DNA of 64,000 nt from Chrysomallon squamiferum (lineage: Eukaryota; Animalia; Mollusca), in assembly GCA_012295275.1 (NCBI GenBank), contig CM022673.1, forward strand, positions 434,001 to 498,000, in the 5' to 3' direction. Shown here one piece after another: positions 14,534 to 29,361 of the stretch. Positions within the stretch are counted from its first letter, which is position 1. Each line of letters starts with the position of its first letter. The position numbers and the translations under genes are program-made. Under the pieces are notes generated by a model that was not told where the DNA came from, ran no database searches, and saw only the letters and a list, made by a program, of their open reading frames with translations.

Positions 14534-16682
14534 TATCTAGGTCTTTGATACTTATCAGTGACATACAGATTTTACGTGATTTATGATCGTGGAAAAGAGG
14601 TCACCCAAATAATTACTGATTATTTGAAGACCATTCGCTTTATCTACATAATCATTCAGTGTATGTACAAAACGACTGTTCCACGTATTTACCGTTGTTC
14701 TAACGTTTCGGCGCGGATGCGAGGGTTTTAGGCAAACTGGGTCGACTTGGAGTCGCCACAGACTTGGAGTAAAAATCAAACAGTAATAATATGACAGAAT
14801 CAAACGAGTTTTGAACTTTAGAGCTTGTAACGTGGGCGTAAGGCTGTTTAATATCAGTTCATGTAAGGAAATTTCATGGTTTCGTGCTGATGGAACGGAA
14901 TAAGAAATACGAAATTTTATTTTGTTAAGATGTAAAATGTTACATCGGAGCTTTTAAATCATAGAGAAAATATGTATTGTGCACCTCTGTGTTTGTATAT
15001 ATTTATTTGCATGAAATGTGTGTGTGTATGTATGTTTGTATATATGCATGCATATATGGATGTGTGTGTCTGCCTGCATGTCTTTCTGTCTGTCTATCTG
15101 CCTGTCTGTATGTATGTATGTAATTAAAATGAAATATAAATGATTCTGATATTTATGTCGTTCCAGAAAGGAGCTCGTAAAGCTGCACTAATGTCGCCTA
15201 TGCTCGGCCGCTGAGCGGTCACTGTGACGTAACTGGACGCCGTCGTTTTTAACGTGTTTAACCGCAGGCGTCTGCAATTCTAGTTTGAGCAAGATTTCCC
15301 CACGTCGTCAAATCTCGTTCAGTTTTCTTTTAGGTTAATAACTAATTACATCTGAGGTCATGCTGCTTCGGTGTTTTAACGGAGCATTTTTGGAATGTTT
15401 ACTTTTTTTTACTTTTTTTTATCCTTTCTATGGTCTTTTAAGAAACAATTAATGCCAAAAACTTTTTTTTTTTTTTTTTTTTTTTTCATCTCTTCTATGA
15501 GTTGATATGAAAATTAAATAACATATGTTTTTTCTTGGTTTTCAATATGCGGGTTTATTCTGCAACTATTAAAGGTTAAACGAAAAATAACTGATGTTTG
15601 AAACTTATTTCACTTTAATATTGACAATTACTGAAGTTCACAGCTTCCTCTGTGTTCTCCGTGTGCATGTGTACAGGTGCGCGTTACAGTATTGAAATTA
15701 ATAATCAACATTCTGAAAATACAGTCATCAAAACAAATGCATTAAATACGAGTAAAAGTACGATTTCTCTATCTATAATAACTGAAACAAAACAAATTCT
15801 GAACGTGTTATCCCAAATCACCGGAAAGTCATTCTCACAATGATGCATGGCCGGTTCTACAATATAATGGCCAAAGTGATGAAAGGACAGTCTTAGAACT
15901 TTTAGGAAAAACCAATCATGAACGATCTTAAAACATTTCGTTTACATCGTCTATGGACGATTTTAAAACGGGTTACGCAAGAATCATAAATAGGTGACTT
16001 TAGAACTTCTTATGCAGAACTTATAAAAAGAAATCTTGGAACATGTTGTGCGAGAATCCTGAAGAAACAATAATTGTATTAAAAAATATACACTGAAAGG
16101 AAAATTTCCAGAACATGTTTATTTTTCATCATCACAAAAAAGCATGATATCTTGACATGTTATCTAAACACAATAAGTGAAAAGAAAATTTTGAATATTA
16201 GCAATATTGTTTTCTGAGAAAAAAAAAAAAAAATGAAAACGAACAACAAGGTTACATTATTTCGAAAACACACGACCTTCCATCTCTTCAGCAATCGAGC
16301 TCTGTTTATTGTGGACAATGATATATCGTGTTTGAAATAATCGCTGCACGGGCTATTTTTTTAACGTGACCACACTGAGTTTTAAAAGCGATCTCTCAGA
16401 CAGTTCTACGTGCTAATGAGAGGAGTGGCTGGGATGGACGCACAACACGCTATTTAAAAGGCCTCGTCCATTAAAGTACTCAACACGTAATCGTTGGGAG
16501 GCGGAATCCAGATTTGTCATGTTTCGTGCTCCGTGCGTTACCATCTGAATTCTTTTAAACAACCAGAGGATATTTTATCTATGCCCAGAAAGCTTTATGA
16601 CAATAAGTATTATGGTATTGTTTATTTTTTAAGGGGTTTTTTTTTTCTGAGGATTTTGTTTTGTCTCGTGTGTTTGTTTTTG

Positions 16683-16715
<33 letters not shown>

Positions 16716-17654
16716 GTCTCCCTCCTTTCACTCCTTTTCTGGTTGCAATTTAAATCTGATTTATTTATTTACATTTAGTTCCAAAGATTGTAACTGAATA
16801 AACGGGAGACTAATCGAAAGAAAGAATAAAAAGAAGCAAGAACAATAATTTAAGAAAATTCAAAAATAAAGACACAGTAAGAAATAACATGACGTTTAAG
16901 TAAAGAAAACTGCAAATCAAAGCTTAGAGGTGTTGAAATATAAACACATTTTCCAGGTTTCTTACAAGATTAAGTCCATGTTTTTTTTTTTTTTTACAAT
17001 TATTTTATTTATTTATTTTTTATTATTATTTGTTGTTTCTTACTGTCAAAAATCAATGGTAATAAAGTTTGGTTCAACGTCAGCAGTTTCAATTTCTGAA
17101 GATAAATCAAAAACAAATTAAATAACATGTCAAGAGTTACTTTTATTATTTCAATATAAAAAATATGTACGTTATTTTCAGCCAGATGATGAAGTACCAA
17201 CATAGGTCATAACGGACAAATAGAATTTTTATAAAAAGACGATTTATTTTTTCTTTGACGTATAAATTAAGACGACAGTAACAACGAAAGATAACAATGT
17301 TAACAACAACGACAACGACAACAACAACAACACAGCAATACTAATAATAACGAAAACGTTGACAGTGTTAAAACTAACTGAAGAAAGTATTCAGAATTAA
17401 GAGGTTGTTGATGAGCTACACTTCTTAGCGAAAACCAGCATGATCAGTTTTGAAAAGAGTAACATAAGAAACAGTAGAGGGTTGTTTTTTGTTGTTGTTG
17501 TTGTTGTTGGTAGTGGCGGCTTTGGTCATGTTCTTATAATGTAATGTTACTTCATTATTATTGTGATCGTCTTTATGTTTTGTTTTTGTAATCAAAATCA
17601 AAGTCATCATCATCATCATTATTATCATTTTAATCATCATCATCATCATCATCA

Positions 17655-17713
<59 letters not shown>

Positions 17714-18328
17714 AAACCGATAGATCAGTACTTGTTGAAATCTTGACATCAGCGCGCACTCTAACAAGGATCTCTCCCTCTCACCCACTCTTCATTCCAC
17801 AATCCATAACCGACTCAAGTGTCTCTTAGAAAAGCGAGTGAAAACGGTTCTTAAACCTGTTCATGATTTTATAAGTATTATAATTTAAATAACGTTCAGA
17901 CCATTTCAGTAAATAGTTACTAACACTTCATGGCCACATTTCCTCTCTTCATCGATTTCTCGTTACTTAGAACTGAAGGAAAAAAAGCAAAAAATGGAGA
18001 AAAAAAAAAGTGGAAAAATGGGCTCGCAATTCAGAATCAGCTCCGATAGATTTCTCTGTCCTATCCTATCTTGTGACCAGTAATAAAAACACTGGATTAG
18101 CATTCTCGTAATCACAGAAAGATAAAACATTTGTAATCACTATTTAACGCTTAGGGAGATATTAGGAATGATGAAGTAGTAGTAAATATCTGTAGTTGGT
18201 CGAGTGATCTGGCAAAGACACAAATATATATGCCGTTTTAATATCACATATAGAGCTGATATATGGACTCCCTAATTTCTACAGAGTGAGAGGTCAGATG
18301 TACGTATAATTGTAGCATACGTCATTTA

Positions 18329-18414
18329 GTTATATATAATTATAGCAAATATACGTTCTGTTATATATAATTATAGCAAATATACATTCTGTTACATATA
18401 ATTATAGCAAATAT
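18329..18414. repeat. 31-bp minisatellite, ~2.8 copies
   Basis: GTTATATATAATTATAGCAAATATACrTTCT repeated. Confidence 0.85.
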
Positions 18415-18489
18415 AATTTCCGTTATTTAGTTACAGCACGTAATTATAGGCTTCATTACTGTCGTTTGGACATTTATTTTTCTTTTTTT

Positions 18490-18573
<84 letters not shown>

Positions 18574-21500
18574 TTTTATCAGTATCGTTTCTATTACCAA
18601 ATGATCGCCAAATTATTAATTTACATTACGCAGATAATTTCGACTGATCAGTAAAATCGCAGATGCACACTATCTTACCGTTATTCGCACTTTTTTCCTA
18701 TGTCATTTATTGTTTTCCTATTACTGACATAACGGTATTTCTATACAGAAATGCACTATACGAGATTAATTTGCATAATGCAGCGAGAAGAGATTTTTAA
18801 ATCAAATAAAATTGAGCTAAATATAATTATGATAGTAAGCAGAAAGTTATTTATATTTCTTCTATATCTACACACGCAAGTTAAACATATTTTAAAGCAA
18901 AAAAAAAAAACTTAACCTCGATTAGTATAAAGATCACTGCAAATTCGTTTTCATTATTAGTTTTAACCAATTGGTATGATTTCTTTTTTTTTTTTAATGT
19001 TTGTTTTTCATTAATTACTTTTCCTCTTGTTTCTGTTGAACTGTATTCATGACCTAACCGACAAAGGTTGGGGAGGACTGCTATACACCAAAGTTATCAT
19101 AAAATATTCGCGAATTATTGACAGAGTCAATGAAGCCTGTAAATTTCCTGATAATGAAGGATTTCGTGTCGACACTGAGTCACTGAAACACGTAGAAAAT
19201 GCTCTTATGCTCATTAATGGATTCACTCAGTGGGGCATTCTTTCCCTGTCTACTTCATTCAGTGAATATTTTACTGAACGCTGTTGTCCTTCACTGATTT
19301 AGCCAGATCTCTGCCGCATGGATCATGACAGACACTCACACAGAGAGACAGACATACAGTCCAACAGAGATAAATGACAACAGCCATAGAGAGAAATGGA
19401 CAGAAAGACAGACATACAAAAAGATGGATATACAGATACACAGACAAATATATATATATATTGATAGAAACACAGAGAGATACACAGACAGTCACACAGA
19501 CAAATATATATATACTGGTAGAAACACAGGCAGACACACAGACAGACACACAGTCAGGGAAAAGCAGAGATGACACAGAGATCGGCGGACAGACAGACAG
19601 ACATGTTTGTTTACGTCTCACCACATGTTCAAGTTGAAAACAGAATTTAACAATAACAAAATAAAAATATTTATTATTTGTACCGAGTACACTGTACATA
19701 AGGTGACCTGGTATACTATTCAGTGACTATGGGTGTCTAATTCCTTATTGTCTACGTGAAAATATTATTTCATCGACATCACAACAACAAAAACAAAATA
19801 AATAAATAATTTAATAAAAAAAAGAGAAGAAGATTTTGGAATGTAGAGTTAATTTCAGTTTATCGTGTACATATTAGGGTTCAGATATTCCATCCTCCCT
19901 AATCAATTAATGTAGAAGGTTTTTTTTTAATGTACTTCCAGATTTAGAATTCAGTTTTTAAAGCCAACAAATGGTTTATCAAATGCTGTTTTATTGTCGG
20001 AGGTGTAGTGTATATAAAAACATTTTTACTTGAGAAAGATTATCGCCTAGCACAGCTGCTTTGTGCTTCTCTCTCACTCTCTGCATAAGTCAGGATTAAA
20101 ATGTATTGACTGGATCGTTAAATTGAAAATTAAACGTCTTTCCTCTGCAAAAACTTACATTTTCTTTATTGTTGTTGTTGTTGCTTATGGGAAGTAAAAG
20201 TTTTTCTTACGTGCTTGCCAGCTATTGCGAGAGACTGGATTAAATGACTGTGATAGAGGATTGATTAAAGAGAAAAACTTGGTGAATTTGTTAACGTGCT
20301 GTCAAGCTATTTGCCTCGTCTGTCCTGGAGCTTTACTGGGTGGACTTCGTAAATTATTATTGTTTTCTTTTATACTACAGAAAACTATTTTGAACTCTCT
20401 GCCAAAGTAAGTCTCACGTTTACCATGATTTAAGACTAAATGTTATATTTGTTTACGTCACCACCACCCCCCCCCTTCATTTGTGATGTGTTCGTTATTT
20501 TTAGCACTGTACATTGAATCAGAGTAAGTCACAGTTTGGGTGTTTTGAGTCCCCTTGATATGTAATTGCTTTTTTTTCCCTTTTTTTTGTAACTCTGCAA
20601 ATTAAATCAGGGAATAAGTCAGTCTTTGGGTGTATTCAGTTAGGCAAATATTTACATTTGTCATTATTATTCATAAACCTCATTTTTATAGCACTCCCAT
20701 CTCCAAAGTGCGTGTTTGGTTGCAAGCGTGTGTGCATCTAAATATTTGTTTATTACGGCAAAATATTAGCACAAATGTCCTCTGAAAAGCATCTTTAGCA
20801 TCGTAAACTCACGGTGGTTTGAGGGGTGGTGGCGTACACTTGTATTATAACCGCAACGTTATTATCGTATGACATCTTTTTTAGTTCGTGTTCAAAAGTT
20901 CATCCTTGACTTGATGATTAGGATCATTTTATAAACTGGAAGAATATCAAGAACAGAAATAAAATAAATATAAAATAAAAATAATTAAAACTCATTAAAT
21001 GTACCATGTCTTAATAAAACTACAGCTTTGTGATTATTATTACAACTTATGTTGCTCTAAAATTTCATTAACATCATTGCTAGGTGGTGTTTTTTTTATT
21101 ATTGTGAATGCAAACGGCGATAAAATAAAAAGTATAAAATCTAATAAAATTACAATTGCGATTTTGTTTGTTCCTTTAAATGACTTCGCTATGGTTTATC
21201 AAAAATGTAAATCTTAAAACTACAGTTATGTAGCTCCTATTGTCCTAAAATTCCTTTAATAACATTGCTGTTTTCGGCTTATCTTAATCATATTTCAAAT
21301 AAAAAATAATATATTAACAAACAAATCTTAAAGATATAATTACAAAGCTAATTTTCTGATAGCTATTTGTTTTAAAATTCCTTTTAATAACATTGATGTT
21401 GTTTTATAATTAATTCAACTGTATCAACAGCAGCTAGTGAAGAGTTTCTGTTAAAAACAAACACAAATATTGAAATACTCGTATTTTTTAATATTATAAT

Positions 21501-22587
21501 TTTTTTTAACTGGTCATTGACCCTTTAGTTTGAGCAGTTGCCTTCAGGGAAGGAATTAATTCAATAGAAACTCAATACCGGCTTTCAAAATCCCCATTAG
21601 CTCCACACTACAATCAATACGAATATGCTAACTTACAGTCAATGCAGACCACATTTTTACAAAATTAATTCGTTGGGACAAAATGAAATAATTTGTCTTT
21701 TGACTCTAGCGAATCAGCTAGTTCAGTGCACTTGTACCAGTAAACGCTATTAAAATTATTTTCAGTAACTGTTGACGAACGGTTGGTTGGTTTATTTTGT
21801 TTACATATTATTTAATTTAATTTATTTATTTAATAATTTTTATACATCGCCAAAATTAAAATTTAATTCACGTAAAACGTCAGATGACACAAGTATTTCT
21901 AAAAAATCATATTTACAGTTTGTGTTTTATGACACAATACAGAGAAAACCGATACACTAAGTCTATAGAGAATTGTGTAAGATTTAAACGTATTTGCTTC
22001 CGTAAACGTGTAAAACAGTATTAACAAATAAACTATATTTTTTACTTCTGTAAGTCCTTTATGATGACATTCCATTAACAAATATCATCATAATGGAAGA
22101 TGCTTGTTGTCTTGTAAGAACATAACAATTAGTAATGTTACCACAATTCAGATTATCAGTTCCCTATTCTCAAGCGTGTGTTTATTTTAAGACTTTTCAG
22201 CTGGTTACTTCCAAGTAATGGATAATGGTGATAATGGAAGCGATTATTCAGAAACAATGGACGCGTATTGCAGTTGGCTGCGTTCAAGCTATTATTATCA
22301 GAGCAATGTAGTCAATATTTCCAGAAAATAGCACGATATGTAGGCAATATTTCTACTTTAAACGGAACAACAAATACTATTATCTATTCCAGATAGAACT
22401 GTGATATATAGAAAATTATATTTTTGATAATTATATACCATATTCGTAAAATGAGCAGATGGAAGAGTTCAGAAGAACAATAAAAAAATTAAATTAAATA
22501 TTATCCGAATTAAGGCGTTTTGTCAATAAGACTTATTCCATGTGATCATTTTACGTCCACTGGATACATATGTGTTTATTTACACAC

Positions 22588-22709
<122 letters not shown>

Positions 22710-23780
22710 AGAGACATAGATACTCTCTCATTCTTTATCTCTGTTTAGCCATTATCTTGATTTGAACTAAGAACTCACAAATCACGCTTTTAGAAACATT
22801 GAGCAACACTGGAGCCAGCAAGGCCAATTAGCTGGGTTTGTCGAACAAGCGACTAGCTTTGACAACATTCATCAACATTAGGCCGAGCAACAGTCGCTGC
22901 TGCTACCTACGTGTCATTGTGATTAGAAAATAATCACAGACAATGCGCATGTGCCACTGATGAGTAATGTAAACACCCCACAGCAGCAAATCAGGCGATG
23001 ACAACATCGTGTTTACGTCGTACTCTTTACAGGCCATAGCAGCCTCGCTTTTTATTGCGTCATGTAATTTAAAGTTGCTAATGCTTGTGAATCGTTTATG
23101 TATGACGTATTTGTAAAATCACTGGACTTAGAGAGGTCACAAGGCAAGCATGGAAACAGTCTAGAAAAAATTGGTTTATTTATTTATTTATTTAACAACA
23201 GAATGAATAGAAATGCCTAGTACAATTCACTTTAATCCTCCGCTACTGGATAATATGCTGGTTTGTTGTTTTGAAGTTAAACAAACCGTCAAGAGAGGGA
23301 AAGCTTTCAAAGCGATGCCAAGCCCGTGTTTTCTTTTTCCTTAACGTCATTCCGTTGCTTGCCGTATTTTCGTGCGAGTCCTTTACGTCCATTATGACTG
23401 AAAATCCGGTCCGGAACGCAAACCTCACAGGAGAATCTGGGGACCACGCCGCGCTCACAACACGGCTCCGGAAATAATTAAATCCAAAGAAGTCTGGTAG
23501 TGTAGAGCGGAATGAAATATAATTAAATCCTGGATGTCTGATGTGGAGAAAAAAAACCGTCCTTGAATGACGAAATAAGTTAAGTCGTAACGTGTTTGAA
23601 ATTAAATAAAAGAATTAAATAATAAAAAATATTTAAAAAAATTAATAATACTAAAAAATAATAATTTTTTGTGATTGATTTTTCACGAAAAGAAAGAATT
23701 TTTTTTTTGTTTCATTAAATAATCAATTCATATTTCGCTGCTGTGGAATAATGATGATCGTGATAATGACGATGTTGATG

Positions 23781-23812
<32 letters not shown>

Positions 23813-24639
23813 TTGTGTTCGGGAATGTTTTCTGAATGTTATTACAATTTTAAATAGCTTCTCCTAAATTTGTATACTTTTTTTTCTTCTTCTAAACATT
23901 TTATCATTCACTATTACCACATCGTCGACATCGTCACAACGATTATTAGAAACTGTTTTAAGGGAACACAATCATCACACTAATCTCATCACACTAATCT
24001 CATCATACATCATGCCAAAAAAGATCATACAACCTAATTACGAAAAAAAAAACTAAATAAAAGAAAACAAATCAGTAAAAACAAAAGCAAGATAGTTTGG
24101 TCAGAGTGTACTCTTGAAAAAACAAAAGACCAACAGCTAAAAACAAAATCGTATCAATCCATTTCTGCAGCTTTTCGGAATCCAGCCCAGCCTGGTTATT
24201 AAAATGACTAAGTTCACAGAAAATTGCAGTCTAATGGGCTGCACGCACGCAATTTCAATCTCGTAAATCGCGGGAACAGCAGTTCAGATGTACGGCCTTG
24301 GTGTCGACATTTGGTCAGTGATATATGGAACACTAATTTGGTTAAAGTCGCTCCATCTCTGTCACTTCCCAGCTGAAGTCGGATGACGTGTTGCTGTCCT
24401 GGGTTTGGCATTTATTCTGTCGTTACATTGTGATGCATCGTGTTTCGGCTAACGGACAAACAGCGAGTAATTTCTCTCTTTCATTTCACGTTTTTTTTTT
24501 TTTTTTTTATCTCTCTCTCTCTCTGTATTTCTTTCCGTGTTAAACACTGATGGGACTTTGATGGTGCCTGAAGGGAGTTAGTGGGAGTTCTCTTTACAAT
24601 TACTTTTTTTTATTTTTTAGATTAATTTATTTTTATTAT

Positions 24640-24672
<33 letters not shown>

Positions 24673-26534
24673 CAAATTCATTACTGAAACAGAAAATAAT
24701 AGTTAATCATAATTTGAAGGAAATTCTTTTATTTTTTCATTTTTTTTTACTCTTTTTTTTTTAAGTTTAGTGTTATTTGTTTATATGTTTAGTTGCTGTT
24801 GTTCTTTAGCCATTTTTTTTTTTTTTTTTTTTTGTTAGAAGAGCTAGTTAAATAAATAAATTACGATAATTATACTAAAACTTGCTAGGTAGTGTTCTCC
24901 CTCTCGCTTTCTCTCTCTCAGTCTCTCTCTCTATCTCTAACATAGTCACACACATACACACGTGTTATCTATCAGTCTTTGAATCTATATGTTAAAAGTG
25001 GTTTTTCCTCATAATGGTAAGTAACTCAGTCATATATGCATCAAAGACTGTGGTAAGACTTTTCCTGTTTATGCGACTTTTTGTTCTTTCTACCTCCGTC
25101 TTTTTCCCACTCCCTAACCTTTTCATATCTGTGTCTGAAGAACATGAAAGGAATACTTGAAAATAAAAAAATTCAAAAAGAAATTCAAAAGAATGATAGA
25201 AAGAAAACAACCAGAATGAAAGGGGGGGGAAAGAAAGCAAAAATAAGAGAAGAAAATTCTTTTTTTCACTCATGTGAATCTAACGAGACATATTTCTTAT
25301 TGATTATTATGCCGTCGTTTTCACGTCGCTTTAACGCCATTTTTAAGCGCCATTCATCCGAACTGATGAATGCTGAAGTGTGGTATTATAATCATTATTC
25401 CTCTACCAGACCTTGCAGGCAGCAGCAGAATCAGAGGCAGAAATCACGATTCGACTTTTATCTCGTTCTCCTCCCACCACCACCATCATCATCATCACGA
25501 AAATGCGTATTAACTCGGACAGGATTCCATCGCATCTGTTTAAACGTAGACATCCAGATGTACTTTTTACGACCATCACAACACAAGTCCTGTGTCTCTT
25601 TTCTCCCCGTAACGGCTGATAACGGCGTTAAAATGATGTTTATAAGGCACATCTTGTCGCTCGTCTTGCAAAGATGACGTCTGTCCATTTGTGTATCACT
25701 GTACGTCTGGGAATTGGCCGCGATCTTGGGAGATATCTGAGTTAGCTACTTGATTATGGTGTGATATCAATACGTAATAAACATCGTATTTCAAAGAGCT
25801 AGGACGCCTTGCGACATCAATGGGACTAAATTACTGCTGCAAACACATCGTGTTCTTGTGATTTGATGGCGGTTTGATGGTGATTTAATGAAAGAACGTT
25901 GCGAAGGGGAAAAAAAAAAAGTTTACGAACCGAATAACACTAGTAATTTAGAGGATTTTGACGCTGCAGATTATAGGAGTGTTTTAAAGTTATTTAAAAG
26001 AAAACATTTCTTCATTTAGTTGGTGTGTTTACTTTAGTAAATTATTGACATTTTTTACTGTAGCTGTTGTTTTGGGTTGTTTTTTTTTTACCTTTATTAT
26101 AACATTTCGAGTTATCAAGTCACTGACTGCAGCTTGGATGACTATACATACCACTATGATATTTGATTTGATTATATATATATATTCTGTGTGTGTATGT
26201 GTGTGTGTGTGTGTGTATATATATACAAACACACACCAATACATCCATACAAACATATAAATTATCTTATCTACTTAACTTTTATATTTTTCTTCTTTCT
26301 TTTACATTCTGTTATAAACACAATATAGTGTATGATATCTTTATTCAGCATATTGTTATAATCAGCATCATTCTGTAATATTCCATGGTTTATCATTTCA
26401 CATAAGTTTCAACGTCTAAAATTACTTTTCATGAATTAGATTTGAAAACTGTGAAACGCTTTAAAATACTACTACTACTACTACTACTACTATTACTACT
26501 ACTACTACTACTACTACTACAACTACTACTACTG

Positions 26535-26566
<32 letters not shown>

Positions 26567-26872
26567 CCAAACCTGAAACCTTAAAATAGAGAGCTTGAAG
26601 ATAAAAAGAATTAATAATGCAGTTCCTAAGTAAGATAGTTTCTCCACCATAATGAAAGTTTTGTAGTGTTGGATTAAAGTGGCTCCGGTTCAGAGAAATT
26701 CTAAATTATCAATAGAAAAATAGCAGAGGGAGAAAAACGGACATCAAAGGTCGCTTTACGGGATGGTCAATCTTCTAATGACCTTTTCCTACCTCGCAGT
26801 GGTGATTATATCTCGGAAACGGTAAAGACATTAAATCGAAATCACCATCACGTGTTTAATTAAAGAGCTATG

Positions 26873-26908
<36 letters not shown>

Positions 26909-28416
26909 GGTCGACAATTACTGTCGAGATTTCTGTGACTGATATTAGAGTGGAGTTTGTGAATTGCGAAGTGTTGTGCAGATTCGAGTCAAGTAACTAA
27001 AAACATCGATCATCCGTGCATATTAATTGTGCTAAGCTTCCATTTTCAGACAAGCTAAAGTACTGTGAGGAAGTTAATGTTACTTAAAACACATGAATGA
27101 AAGTTGTACGTTATCTGCTCCTACGGTATCCTCACAACTGTCATAATTACAATTGTATCGAGATGTTGCTCTTAAATAGGAGAAGGAATCTGAAATAATT
27201 TTTTAACCAAAATTCCAATTGTGAAGCACTGTACTCAGATTATAGTGAGTTTATTCAATTAGTAGCTTTTGTGACATTTGGAGGTATATATATATATATA
27301 TGTATGTATGTATGTATAAAACTGTGGAATGTCAAATCATGGCATACTTTGCACCATCGCTGGACTTCAGAAAATGGAGTATTTGCTGCCGGTAGTCATA
27401 CAATAAACAACAATGTTGGATCATACCATTTTAATCCAGATAACAGAAAGAGGATTAAGTGTGCACCAAACTTTGACCTGTGCTGTTACAAACTGCATGT
27501 CAAATAAGTGTATGAATAATGGGAGGTAATCCCTCCTATTACACGTAGCAGCACAAATTTGACATGTTAACTTTTAGTTCACGTAAGCTAGTAATAACTG
27601 TTAGTAAAAGGTATGAAGTATTCGAGTTGACAGTCGAGTTGGATGTTGGGTAGGATCACACAATCATTCCAGATAAAGTCAGACGGTGGGAATAAATAGA
27701 AAGAGAAAAAGAGACAGAAGAAAAAGAAAGAGAGAGAGAAAAAACGAGAAAAAGAGGGAGAAGTTGACACAGCAACAGTGAGAGAGGGGGAGAGAGAGAG
27801 AGAGAGAGAGAGGGGGGGAGAGAGAGAAGAAATGTAGGATTATGCAGATGTGAACTAAAAATAAGACAAAACTGACAATAATTATTTAGCCGATCTCGGT
27901 GTTAACGACTGTAAAAGAGAGCGAAAAGAAAGACAAAAGGAAGAACCATCACCCAGCACAGACTGTTTATCAAAGCGTCTCCCAGTGGCGTAGTTTCCAC
28001 ACGTCAAGTATCAAGTTAGTTCCAATCTCCAGACGACATCAGTCAGTCTGTAACGATCTTTCTTAGCAGATTAACTCCGGATGAAGTGACTTGACAGGCG
28101 GCAGCGAATCAACACAGAATCAGCATCGAATCAGGTGCGATTCAACAGCAGGTTGTCCATAAAATAAAGTTGTTTAATTCTCCCACTGATACAGTGCAGT
28201 GAGGCAAATGAAGGATGGAAATGAATCCCACCATTGCAGTTAATTGGTTTGAAATAATGGTAACGTTATGTAAACGATTATTCATGTCGTTTTATGTTAA
28301 CTTCATAGATTACTGAAAATACGGTAAGTATTCCATGATAAGAAAGTGAACTGACAGCTGATTATAAGTTACACCTAGATGAGGTAATGTGTACTGAATC
28401 TGATTCATTTAAATCA

Positions 28417-28901
<485 letters not shown>

Positions 28902-29248
28902 ATTTTCTCTTTTGGTTTTCATTTTTTTTTTCGTTTTGATTTTTTTCTTTTTCTTTTCTCTTTTTATTTTCTGTCAGATAATTTGTTTGTGTACTTTTTA
29001 AAAACATTTATTTGGAATCCTTTGATTTGTATAATTTTATACATTTTTTTCGCTGTCTTTCTTGTTGAAATTATCTCTCTTTCTTTTATTTCCTGTTTCA
29101 GCTGATGTCAAACAAAAGAAGGAAAAACACGATGACTTTGCAAAACGCCTTCTGATAGGTCAATCAACTTGATAAAGAGCAACGAACGATTTTTCTACTT
29201 GTAAAAGCTAGTTTTAAATAATCATGCATATGTTTTTTTGTCTATCTA

Positions 29249-29361
<113 letters not shown>

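Noticed and set aside
19027-19302. Protein-looking ORF (DKGWGGLLYTKVII…)
   Set aside because: No acceptor/donor pair or partner exons found, and no recognisable family.
20970-21410. Degenerate ~100-130-bp tandem repeats (AAAACTACAG…CTAAAATTCCTTTAATAACATTG)
   Set aside because: Old, highly diverged AT-rich minisatellite with no sign of function; unit boundaries cannot be fixed by eye.
25081-25677. 198-aa ORF, the longest non-microsatellite ORF
   Set aside because: TTG start, low-complexity A-rich first half, no recognisable domain and no flanking splice structure.
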